Part shown: piece after piece, positions 27,293-38,463 of the stretch
Numbering within the stretch: position 1 is the stretch's first letter
Layout: every line of letters begins with the position of its first letter
Assembly: GCA_043228905.1 (NCBI GenBank)
Contig: JBHGNT010000280.1
Span: 1 to 40,207 of the forward strand
Reading direction: 5' to 3'
Origin: Azolla caroliniana
Lineage: Eukaryota; Plantae; Polypodiophyta
Length of the DNA: 40,207 bases
Position numbers and translations under genes: made by a program
The notes under the pieces: generated by a model
Database searches by the model: none
The model's input: only the letters and a program-made list of their open reading frames with translations
What the model was told of the DNA's origin: nothing

Positions 27293-27403
27293 CCCGAAAT
27301 AGTAAAAAGGGTCCCTTTCACATAATTTACCCTAAATAGTAAAAAGGGTCCATTTACCATTGATTGTTCTTAATATAATTATGGGTAGTTCTCCACAAAG
27401 TAC

Positions 27404-27568
27404 AATAAAACTTTGTTTCTTATATGTTTTTGGCCTAGTATGACCAATAATTGAGATTGAAAATACGAAAGCCTTATATAATGTTAAATAAAACTTTGTT
27501 TCTTATATGTTTTTGGCCTAGTATGACCAATAATTGAGATTGAAAATACGAAAGCCTTATATAATGTT
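27404..27568. repeat. Perfect tandem duplication, 83-bp period, two copies
   Basis: AATAAAACTTTGTTTC...TTATATAATGTT at 27404 and 27487. Confidence 0.9.
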
Positions 27569-28888
27569 TGTTTATACAGCAAAAAAAGTATTGCATTATT
27601 TCCCGGAACAGTTTTTGGGATTGAAACAAAGAAGCTATAGGTTCATCGGCAAAACAATACACAGAATTGAGGCCTGCACCCTTAATAATAATACACTGAC
27701 CACCAGTGAGGAGATAATTGGTGGCAGACACAATAGCTTTTGGCACACCCCTCACGGTATTGCTCCATTAACATAATATTCTATAGTTGGAGATATGCTA
27801 GTACTAAGTTTATCTCTTGGAGGTGGGTTTGGAGGCAGACTGTTATCCATGAAACGGTGGCGTGTAGGAACAATGCTGTTCGTCTCAAATTGTCATTATC
27901 ACCATGTAAAAATAAAGTACAGAGTACACGTGTATAGCATGGCAAGGTTTAGGAAGCAGAGTGACAGGAGACAAACACCTTCTCTAGAGATTATGGTGGT
28001 GTTAAAACAATGAGAAGGCCTCTAGGAAGCTAGCAAAGCTTATATTTTGACTTATTATTCACACATACGACTATGGCTGGTGCATTCTTTTTAGTGGATT
28101 GGATTGATCTGCAATGGAGATCTATTATTCAACAACCAGGTATGACATAAGGTGCCAATGGGTGGTTACATGGGAAATCGATGATATTTTATGTTTGTCT
28201 CATGTCATTTGCTCATGGGTTGTCGATCTAATTAAGCACCCTTTAATCCATTATTGTCCTAAATAAATACCTTATTCTTTTGTTAATCATTAGTTCGAAC
28301 TGTAATATGATAATTGGCTAGCCAATTGGTGAGAAAGGAAACCCCTTGGAACTCTGTAATGACACTTGGAAATGAAACACAAGTCCAAGGACGTATGACT
28401 CAATGAGTTGTGTTGGCCTTCTTTAGGTCCGAACTAGATTCAACTTCAACATCTTGTTAGCTTGGGGCACATCCCCAAACATCGAATAGATCATCTTCTT
28501 TTCAACTCCATAATAATGATTTTGACCATATCCATTTGACTCACGTACTGACTTATATACATAGTGAATCATAATAATAGCTCGTGCATGAGTGTGATGT
28601 TATTCTAATGCAAAATATAAAATAGAATTTATATGTAAGGAAGATGGATGATTTTCTTCATTAGTGTATATATTTAAAATGACAGTCTAGATCACAAGCC
28701 ACACTGCCAAGATCCCTATGAGCATGAGCTATCCACAATGTGCATACCTATCATGATATGCTTATGAACATGCATACAATCACGTGTAACAATATGGAAG
28801 CCTATAGTGTATGATTTTACTGAAATAGACAGTTAGGACGTGGCTAGCCTATCTGCATGTATGTATGCATATCCATAGCGTGATCGTT

Positions 28889-29912
28889 TTATGAGCGTAC
28901 AGAATGCTTGGTAAGAGCCGAGAGAGCAAAGGCAGTGCTAAGCCCTTCATTACCAACCCAAATTTTACGATCAACACCGAAATGATTGTAAGGATGAGGA
29001 CCCCAAGATCCGTTCTCCTTTTGAAACCCTAAAAGTTGGTGCTCATATGTAGTTGCATTATGTAATCCGGATAGAAGTCGTGCTCTCAGATACATGGCCA
29101 AGGCAAGACAGTTATTGCTTGGTGGTTTAGATTGCGCAGTCACTTTAACAAATGTAATTTCATGCTCCGTTAGCCTTTTGACCAGCAAATCCCTCATACG
29201 AGTCCTGGCGAACCAGTCTGGGAATGCATTCACAAGTCGCGCGACATGGAAGAGAAAGGCTTCCGCAAAACCATAATACAGGGTTCCACCTTCGTATCCT
29301 TTGTGGAGTAACAGGTCTTCAACAAAGGTTTGGCTCCTTAGCACCTCGTGGCCTCTGCCTGCGAGATGGAAAAGGAACAGAGCGTTTGTGATTACCACGG
29401 GGTCGATACGAGGGCGCTCCACATCGAAGTAAGTCTGTAGGATGCTGTCCACATCGCATACATGCTCCGCTAACACCTTGTCCAGCACCACGTTAATGGT
29501 GTCCATCCCCACTTTTCCAAACTTATACAAAACGGATAAGCCCACGGATGTGGTGTCAATGTCTTCCGGTATGTACTTTAGAACGAACAAAGTTGTTGCA
29601 ATCTCTTGGGGTGAAGATCGCATGGATTTGGATTTGGATTTGGAGTTGGTGTTGGTGTGCAGATTAAGGTCGCTGGGCTGTGTTTTATCGATGAAGCGGA
29701 GGAGGCCTCCAGGTGGAGCAGTTTGCATGGGTAAGAAGCGAGGATCGTCGAGGAGATCAGCAATCAGAAACCTCGCAAAGTTGTCGTATATGCAGACACC
29801 ATGAGATGTGATCGATGGGAATCGAAACGGACACGGACAGCTGTGTACTTGGATTGGATGATCTACGATGGAGATGAAACGACCATGCAAGTTTGTGAGA
29901 TGATAGAAAGAG
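28889..29912 (-). CDS. HAD-like terpene cyclase, exon 2: class II cyclase domain (drimenyl/albicanoyl-diphosphate synthase-like)
   Basis: EDIDTTS (DxDTT), DNFARFLI, QTYFDVERPRIDPVV, GRGHEV, YEGGTLYY, LALAM, QKENGSW (QW motif) and GNEGLSTAFAL appear in the motif order of AstC-like HAD-fused sesquiterpene cyclases. Acceptor ATGTAG|C, phase 2. Confidence 0.88.
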
Positions 29913-30058
29913 CTACATATATATTAGGCTCGCCGACATTTAAAGTATTATGTACATACATATATGTATAAACAACAGCAGCACAACAACAAGAATACAG
30001 TACAGACACAGAAGAGAGGAGAGGCCCTTATACTTATTACTTAAATTAATACACTCAC

Positions 30059-31005
30059 TGACCGGCACTGAAGAGATAGTGGGTAGCAGACGCAATGGCT
30101 TTTGCCAGAAGATCGCGGTGCTCTTGATCCATCAACACATCGATCGTGTCTGTGTCTGTGTCTGTCTCTGTGTGTGGTTGCGGATATCCACCTCCACTAG
30201 GTCTACATTGTTGATGATCTGCTGGTGGAGCCGAGCTGGGTCTGGGGTTGTGGAGGAGGTGGTGGAGTTGAAGGGGGTGGCTGACGCTGAGGATCGATGC
30301 ACGTAGGCCGAGAGAGCGGGCGGCGGTGATGCTCTGTATGCAATGGGCGTGCAGGAACAAGTGTGTGTCGGAATGGAAGGAAGCGCGGACGCGGCGCATG
30401 GCCAGGTTTAGGAAGCGGCGGGAAGGGAGAGAAACACCTTCTTCTCCGGAGATTATGGTGGTGGCAAACAGCGCAAAGACCTGCGGGAAGCGGCGACGCA
30501 GAAAGCAGAGCTCATTCTTGGACATATTGCTCACGCACACGACGACGAGAGGTGGCGATTCCTGCTTTCCACCGGAATCCACCAGCGCCTGACGCAATGC
30601 TGCCACCATCTCGGGGACTTCTGTCAGCCCCCATGTCCGCTCTCGGTCCAGCCTCCTCTTTATACTCTCGCACACATTATTGCCATTGGCTTCCTCCAAT
30701 TCCATGACCCACGTCCTAACCATGGGAAGCCCTGCCAGTTGTGCCACCACATCTTCATCCATTTTGATTTCACCCCTCTCGTGCCGCTTCCACACCTCAC
30801 TCTTCATCATGTACCGCCACAAGAACTTAGGAAACTCTATGTTCCTTGCGCCGTCTCCAGCGTCATCAAACGGATTGATTTTCGCAGCCTCCGCTTTCTT
30901 TCTCGATTTGGGTTGGCTTGCTGTGGGCGTCGATGACACCAAGAGCAATCCTAGGGGCTCCATCATAATAATGTTTTTTAAACTGACATGTTCTAAGCTG
31001 ACCAT
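30059..31005 (-). CDS. HAD-like terpene cyclase, exon 1: degenerate HAD phosphatase domain plus linker; spliced protein about 656 aa
   Basis: HAD-like pattern: SEVWKRHERGEI, CVSN, F...IISGEEG..LP..RF, AARSLGL. Donor CA|GTGAGT at 30059/30058 is phase-compatible with exon 2 (146-nt intron). ATG at 31005 with TATATA about 50 nt upstream. Confidence 0.82.
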
Positions 31006-31034
31006 CTTAGTTCCTTGTTGTTTACTACATACAA

Positions 31035-31418
31035 ACATACCAATCACGAGTGTCTATATAAGGCTAACATGATATTCCATTACATATATATAATAAAGAA
31101 GTGTAAAATGGAAAGGTGAAATCAACGATACCTCTTGAGGACTAAGAATGAATGTGTCCGACGAACTTGTCGCTAAAATTTCAAAGACTCCGATTCCAAT
31201 TTATACCATACCACTTCCTCTAAACCAGCCATCTTCGGTCATTGTTTACGACATTCATAGATATCAATCATGAGCCTCTATATAAAGCAAGCATGATATC
31301 CCATCACATATAAAGAAGTGCAAAATGGAAAGGTGAAATCAACTACACCACTTTAGGAGAATGAATGAATGTGCCAAAGGAACTTTTAATAAGAAGACAA
31401 CTAAAATTTCGAACACTT
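31035..31418 (-). promoter_or_regulatory. Tandemly duplicated TATA-containing proximal promoter of the cyclase gene
   Basis: Two diverged copies of about 155 bp (~31035-31190, ~31259-31418) share CTATATAA and AAAGAAGTG.AAAATGGAAAGGTGAAATCAAC. Confidence 0.65.
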
Positions 31419-32079
31419 TGTCTGCACATAGAAGAAAAGAGACCATGGCCATAGTTTCACCTCCTCAAGATGCTAGAAAGATGATGTGTAGGCCCCAATA
31501 AAGAACGAGTGTGTACTCTCTGGCCATGTTAGAGCTCTTGCCCACATGTGATTTCTCACCTTCATCCTCCAAGGGCCTTTAAGATTATTTTAATTTTGTA
31601 AGGACGCCATGTCATTAGTTGTTATCAACAATCATTATGTTGTGTCGTTCGTATTTGTTTTTGTATATTTCTTATTATAAATTTTGTTTAGAAGTTAGAT
31701 ACTATGCTAGAAACCAAACAAGTCGATCGACCTATTTCTAAAATTAACAGCCTTCTCTTAACTTTGTGTTTTTAGAAGTCTCACCTAAGAATCTTGCCAA
31801 GGATGCATGTGAGACCAATTTTCCTTTGTGTCTAGTTTGAATATTAATTTGGGAAAGTCTTCTTTCATTTCATAAATAAGGGGGATCTGAAATGTCTGGG
31901 ATTATAAGCATACGTGTTCGGAAAGAGCTCTCTTTCCCAACATTTGAGGTATCCGTTGGGAGTGAGTGTTACAAATATCCAATAATTGCATCGATGACGA
32001 ATCAGAAGTCACAATCTTGATTGTTTCATGATGCCTTGAGGTTGTACTTTGTATCATTGTGGAACCTATGATATCATAT

Positions 32080-33258
32080 TGTAAAGAATCAGGTATGATT
32101 CTTGTGTAGCTTAAGAGATGTGTGTTATGTGTATGTGTGAGAGGAATTAGAGGAGAGAAGAGAGAACACAAGATAGATAGAAAAAGGGAATACTCAAGAC
32201 GAAGAAGATATATATTCACAAGTAGAATAGCAAATACAAAATGTAACATTACAAGGAGTCACAACCAACTTAATATATATCTTTATATATAGTCACCCTC
32301 TCTCTTCCTTAACTAACTATAACAACCACTCTCTCATGGGGAATGTGAAGACATATAGTCATGGGGAATATGTAACTCATTAGTTATGTGTTATAGAATA
32401 TGATTCTATGGCAGATAGTTAATGTGTAGAGAGTAATGATGTGACTCTTGACCTTTGAGTAATCATAGATTCTCAAAAGGTGTGTTCACACGTTGTCGTG
32501 AGGATTTTCGGCCATGGTAGGAAAACTCGAGCGAAACGAATAAAACAAGATGTGCAATGTACCACATATACTTATTAAATTTGTAACCTAGGAGTAAATT
32601 CCGCAAATGTAAAGTGTAAGGTGTTCTATGAAAATTCGTTGAGTGTAAATATGATGATGTGGACTTTTGTGCACATGTGCACGTAGGAAAGGGGAGTACG
32701 TGGGGGTACAATTATGACGGGTAATGGCATTGAAAGCGTGTGGGGAGAGAGTTAAAGGCCAACCAATTTAAGATCATGGGAGATATTCCCCATTAAAGGA
32801 AAAGGGATTTGACTCCTCTTTATGTAATGTGCCTCACCCCTTACTATTATAAAAGGGAGTGAGGGGTCGCTTTTGAGGGGCTTCCACTTTTTGGGTTTTC
32901 TTTGGGGAGTCGCCGTTTTGAGGGTTTCGGTTTAGGGTTTCGCATAGGGTTTAATTCTTCTTCTTCTTTACCTATCCGGTTAGGGTTTCATCTAGGGTTT
33001 TGATTTGGCGTACGCGGCCATGGTTGTAATCATATAGTGGATTCTTAATATAGTTTGTTGATGTATCTTGTCTCTATTTTCTCTACCATGCTAACCTTTT
33101 ATTCTTTCTCCTTTCCCCTTGAGCTCAAAGGTGGAAGGTTAAGCTCCCATTCCCCCTCTACTCCCTAGTCCAAGACCCTCGCGGTCGTGCCTAAGATCCT
33201 ACACGTACCCGCGGAATTCCGCGACAACGTTGCACTATGTTGAGCTTGATTCTCAACA
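32080..33258 (-). repeat. 3' LTR of the host Copia (442 bp net of the solo-LTR insertion)
   Basis: Minus strand TGTTGAGAATCAAGCTCAAC...ATTCTTTACA. The termini nearly match those of the LTRs at 34468 and 38019. Confidence 0.8.
32494..33226 (+). mobile_element. Solo LTR (733 bp) with 4-bp TSD
   Basis: TGTCGTG...CGCGACA termini; ACGT on both sides (32490-93, 33227-30). Internal TATAAAAGGG followed by several TAGGGTTT motifs. Confidence 0.75.
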
Positions 33259-34467
33259 CACCCCCTCAAGCTCAACTCGTGCCGGTTTCTTTCGATTGAT
33301 GTCTGCTTCGGCTGGTATCCGGTTCAGACAATCTCTGGTGGCCGCTTCGGCTTGTACCCGCTTCGGACGATATCTATTTCTCTCTTTTACTCCCCCTCAA
33401 TCTTGGAAAGTCAGGGACCGTCAATCCAAGGTATGACATGAAGTGCCGAAGCTTGTCGGCTCCAAGGGCCTTCGTGAAGATGTCAGCTGTCTAACGATTC
33501 GTGTTGATGTGTAGAAGATCGACATCTCCGACTTGAATACGCTCTCGAATGAAGTGGTAGTGCACTTCGATATGCTTTGTGCGTGCGTGGGACATTGGGT
33601 TTCGAGCTAGATATATACTGCTCCTGTTGGGCTCATGTTGTCGCAGTAAATGGGAGTCAGATCCTTGATGGGAACGCCCAAATCCTTCAAAATCCTCTTG
33701 AGTAATACGGCTTCACATGCAGCTTTGGCTATGCCCATGTATTCGGCATCCGTACTCGAAAGTGCGATGGTAGGTTGCTTCTTAATACTCCAAGATATTG
33801 CTCCACTACCAAGCGAGAAGACAAATCCAGAGGTCGATCGTCGATTACCTTTGTATCTAACCTAGTCGGCATCTGTGTACCCTTCGAGTCGAATTGGTGT
33901 GGCTGACGCGTAGAGGATGTCGTAATCCATTGTGCCACTCACGTGTCGTAATACTCACTTAGCACAATCGAAATGGATATCTCGCGGAGTTTGCATGAAT
34001 TGGCTAAGGAGGCCGACTGGATAGTTGAGGTCGGGTAGAGTGATCATAAGATAGATGAGGCTCCTTATCAGTTGTCGATATTGAGTCGGCTTGCACTCGT
34101 TTGTGTCGGAGTCGACATCTAGTTTGAGGTTTCGATCGAGAGGGATTGCCATAGATTTGCACTTTGTCATCCCGAACTTGTATAATAAGTTGAGAATGTA
34201 GTGCTGTTGAGAGATCATAATGCCAGTCGGAATCCGAATTACTTCGATACCTAGGAAGTAATGAAGTTCCTTCATGTTCGTCATCTCGAATTTGTTGGAG
34301 AGGAGGGATTTCAACTTGTTGATGTCGAGAAACTTTCTTCTCCAATGACCAGATCATCCACGTATAGGATGATGACAATCGAGCTTCTAGACACATTTCG
34401 TACGTAGAGGGAATTATCGAATTGCGACATTAGAAAGCCGATTTGATGAAGATATTGCTAATCTTCG

Positions 34468-34915
34468 TGTTGAGAGATCAAGCTCAACTTAGTTTAGTTT
34501 AGTTAGTCAACCATGTAACTTCGTAGTTACCTAGATAGAATCTAGTTAGAAGTGTTGACTATAACGCCTTAAATAGGACCTTGTACTTAAGTGGGATATT
34601 CTAGATCCTCCACTCCTAAGTACATTTAATATAGGACTTACACCTTAGTACCTATATTCCACTCACACATGTGCACCCTTGCACATGAGATGTATATATA
34701 CCTCATTGTGGGTATTTTTGTATTTTGATGATGATAATGCTAATTTAATATACTTACTCATCCCCCACCTTGTGTTGTTCATAAGTGTATATCTCTCTCT
34801 CTCTCTTCCTCTCACAAACATATACACACATATCACTTAATCTTCCACTTATTAACTTAATCACATAATTAGGTACTAATTAACCCTTGCTTAATTAATC
34901 TCCTAATTCTTTACA
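34468..34915 (+). repeat. 5' LTR (448 bp)
   Basis: TGTTGAGAG...TTTACA, followed directly by the PBS. Confidence 0.95.
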
Positions 34916-35078
34916 TGGTATCAGAGCGCGTGGTTTAGAAAATCCACTAAGCCCACCTGACTCCGTGATTGTGTGTTCGAGACGCCGACGACAAAATATG
35001 GCTATCGGCTACCGTAGTGCTGCTACGTAGCACATGATCGAACGAAGAAAAGTAAAAGAAGAGAAGACACTAATCAAC

Positions 35079-37840
35079 ATGAACACACAAATGGGTAGCT
35101 CGCTCCCTAGTGAAAAGCTAGACCGGAGCAATTATTCATCTTGGGAGCACAAGATGACCCAATACCTCGTCGGCCAAGCGTATTGGTGCTACATTAATGG
35201 CGCACTCGAAAACAAGCCCGACTCAATGAACACCGACTATGCAACATGGGAGCAAGCGACGAGTCGAGTAATGTATTGCTTGGCAACATGTGTCCACGAC
35301 CACATGCTTAGCCACATACGAACGCCAAGACGCCTAAAGAAGTGTGGGTGAATTTAAAGAAAATTTTCGCCGCCAACACCATCACCCAAAAGCTTCAACT
35401 CCGACAAGAGTTGAACAACATCCGGCAAAAAGACATGTCTGTGTCGGACTACACCGCCAAGATCAAGAGCATTTGCGACTCACTTGGCTCCATCAACATA
35501 AATGTCGACGAAGACGAGATGGTTCAAGTATGCTTGGGCGGCCTTGCACAACGATTCGATCCATTACAGACGACAATCTTGGCGAGAGGAAACCCTCCTT
35601 CATTCTTCAACCTCCAATCAATGCTATTGGTCGAAGAGAACCACGTCCGAACCAAAAGCAAGACGTGAGAAGAACAAATGTTCTTCTCGAATTCAGACGG
35701 TGGCCGAGGAGGTGGTCACGGCGGTAGAAGAGGTCAATTTGACCCATCACACAAAGGGAACTCAAACCTTCACGGAAGCCATCAAGGAACCTTTGGAAGA
35801 AGGGGGAGCTTCCACGCCAAACATGGTTGGCAAACGAGGCCCGCAACTTGCAATTATTGCGGCAAAATCGGCCACTACGAGGCGGAGTGTCGAAAAAAGA
35901 GAAGTCAGTCGGCTTCAACAAGTCGACAACTCACAAACTATGCATCGAACTCCGACTACGACAATCGTAGTGGAATGTTCACGAATCACGCATCGAATTC
36001 CGACTACGGCGACCGTGGCGGAATGTTTCTAATGAGGCATAGAGTGAACTCTATGACGACCTCTAACTCCGCAAGCACCTCCAATTCGGAAGACGTGTGG
36101 TTCGTCGATTCCGGCACGTCACATGACATGACATCCCACAAGGAGTGGTTCAATGACTTGCGTACACCGGATCGACCCGGCTACATAGAGATGGGAGACG
36201 ACACCACGCATCCCATTCGGCACATCGGCAATGTCCCATTCGGGAAAGAAGGCGAGCAAACTTGCATCAAGAATGTCTTGCACATGCCCACAATAACGAA
36301 GAATTTGGTCTCCGTGGGCCAAATCGTGGAGCAAGGCATGCAAGTATGCTTCAACAACGAAGATTGTTTCATTGAGAAAGATGGTCGACTCATAGCTAAG
36401 GGGCGGAGAGACGGCCGAATGTTCATCCTTGATTCGAACGAGGTGAAATCGGCAATGTACACCAAAGGTCTCAAAACTGAGACAAGCATCGAGTTGTGGC
36501 AGAAGAGAATCGGCCACATAAACCTCCAACGGCTTCAAGCGATGCAAACCAAGGGAGTCGTCATCGGACTTCCGACATTCGAGTCGAAACGAGTATGCGA
36601 AACGTGTCAACTCGGCAAACAACATCGACTCCCATTATTGAAGGAGAGCTTCGCAAGCAAAGGCCTCCTCGACGTCATACACTCGGATGTATGGGGATCG
36701 GCTCAAACGCCGATGATCGTCGGATGCCGATACTACGTAACCTTTATCGAAGACTACTCGCGTTATGCGTGGATCTACTCGACGAAAAAGAAAAGCGAAG
36801 TGCTCTCCCACTTACAAAAGTTCAAGCGTCAAGTCGAAAAAGAAACCGGTCGGCACATTCGATGCCTACGATCGGATGGAGGAAAGGAGTACTTCTGTGA
36901 TGAATTCACCTCCTACCTCCAAAGTGAAGGCATTCGGAGAGAATTCTCGTGCCGACACACACCCCAACAAAATGGAGTCGCCGAAAGGAAAAATCGGCAA
37001 ATACTCGAGGTAGCACGCACCATGATGCATGAGAAGCACATGCCAAATTTCTATTGGGCCGAAGCGGCATCCACGACTGTCTATCTCATGAACCGGTGTA
37101 CCACCAATGGACTCCATGAGCTAACTCCCTACGAGCTCCTTGTCGGAAGGAAGTCGATCCCGTTGCATCTCAAGGTGTTCAGAAGCATTGCGAATGTACG
37201 CATCCCGAACGAACAATGACAGAAGCCCAACGCGAAGTCGAAGGAATGTATCTTCATAGGATACTCGTTCGAGAAGAAGGCGTACAAGTGTTACAACCCT
37301 TCTACCCGAGCGGTTCGGGTAAGTCGAGCCGTAGTCTTCGACGAGTCCGCATCTTGGTACGCACCAGAGACAACTTCGACTCCAACTACGCTCGACCCGG
37401 AATCCGCCGAACAAGAGGTAGAAGATGGAGATCGCTTCGAACACATGTTCGAAGAAAGTCCGATTACGACAAAGCCTAGTGGTCCACAAGAGCCCCCATG
37501 CGACCCAAGCACGTCGCGACCAAGTACGAACTTGGACAAAGGCAAAGGTAAGATACCCGAATACGAAGTCAATCACCCCGACGACAATGATTCGGATGGA
37601 TCAGCTCCCTCACTAGACAGTGAGTTCGGTGTACCTATCATGCGGACACCCGGAGTAAAGAAGGCGCTCACATCGGCGAGCAAAAAACTTCGACGCTCTT
37701 CTAAAGAGAAGAATCCCGTCACTTGGCTCGACTACAAGTATATGGCACATCATTACGCCTTCGCGATGAAGGTAGCGGCCGAACAAGAGCCCAAGAGCTC
37801 CACCGAAGCGGCTCGTAACCCACGATGGGTGGAAGTAGTC
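35079..37840 (+). pseudogene. Copia gag-protease-integrase polyprotein, disrupted
   Basis: Gag (KLDRSNYSSW, LRQELNNIRQ), zinc knuckle CNYCGKIGHYEAEC, protease WFVDSG, integrase IHSDVWG / LRSDGGKEY / QQNGVAERKNR. Frameshift near 35340; stops at 35668 and 37219. Confidence 0.92.
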
Positions 37841-38018
37841 GACCTTCGCCCACACACTACAAACCTTCGTCACCGGCTTGAGGGGGAGGAACCGAGATTG
37901 CCACGACAAGGAAAGCCGAAGGCTGGACGAAAGCCGGACAGAAGCCGACATCGGAAGCCGGACAACGCCGAAAACAACGATGGATGTCGGATGCCTCACA
38001 CTTGAGCTTGAGGGGGCG

Positions 38019-38463
38019 TGTTGAGAGATCAAGCTCAATTTAGTTTAGTTAGTTAGTCAACCATGTAACTTTGTAGTTACCTAGATAGAATCTAGTTAGA
38101 AGTGTTGACTATAACGCCTTAAATAGGACCTTGTACTTAAGTGGGATATTCTAGATCCTCCACTCCTAAGTACATTTAATATAGGACTTACACCTTAGTA
38201 CCTATATTCCACTCGCACATGTGCACCCTTGCACATGAGATGTATATATACCTCATTGTGGGTATTTTTGTATTTTGATGATGATAATGCTAATTTAATA
38301 TACTTACTCATCCCCCACCTTGTGTTGTTCATATGTGTATCTCTCTCCCTCTCTTCCTCTCACAAACATACACACACATATCACTTAATCTTCCGCTTAT
38401 TAACTTAATCACATAATTAGGTACTAATTAACCCTTGCTTAATTAATCTCCTAATTCTTTACA
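38019..38463 (+). repeat. 3' LTR (445 bp)
   Basis: Differs from the 5' LTR by only a handful of substitutions and 3 nt of indels. Confidence 0.95.

Larger units (their letters stand above)
24158..28100 (-). pseudogene. Decayed tandem paralog of the HAD-terpene cyclase gene
   Basis: Exon-2 homolog at 24158..25112 (RFLPMQT retained; EDIDTTSVG becomes VDLATTFIG; frameshifts; acceptor AG mutated to AA). Exon-1 homolog at 27697..~28100 (KAIVSATNYLLTGG vs KAIASATHYLFSAG; LFLHA). The intron position is the same. The upstream boundary is approximate. Confidence 0.88.
34468..38463 (+). mobile_element. Ty1/Copia element with both LTRs; RT and RNase H deleted (non-autonomous)
   Basis: Near-identical LTRs 34468..34915 and 38019..38463. 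PBS TGGTATCAGAGC (34916, tRNA-iMet); PPT GAGGGGGCG (38010-38018); TSD CTTCG/CTTTG. Confidence 0.95.

Noticed and set aside
27474-27755. ORF with an FADE motif suggesting LINE RT
   Set aside because: Its first part is the end of exon 1 of the cyclase pseudogene, and FADE falls in intron read-through.
19915-31005. XXT, tetraspanin and cyclase as one functional gene cluster
   Set aside because: No biochemical link between xyloglucan synthesis and terpene cyclisation is supported; adjacency alone is not evidence.
32494-33226. Retrozyme (hammerhead-containing LTR), suggested by the 4-bp TSD
   Set aside because: No CTGANGA...GAAA hammerhead core was seen on either strand.
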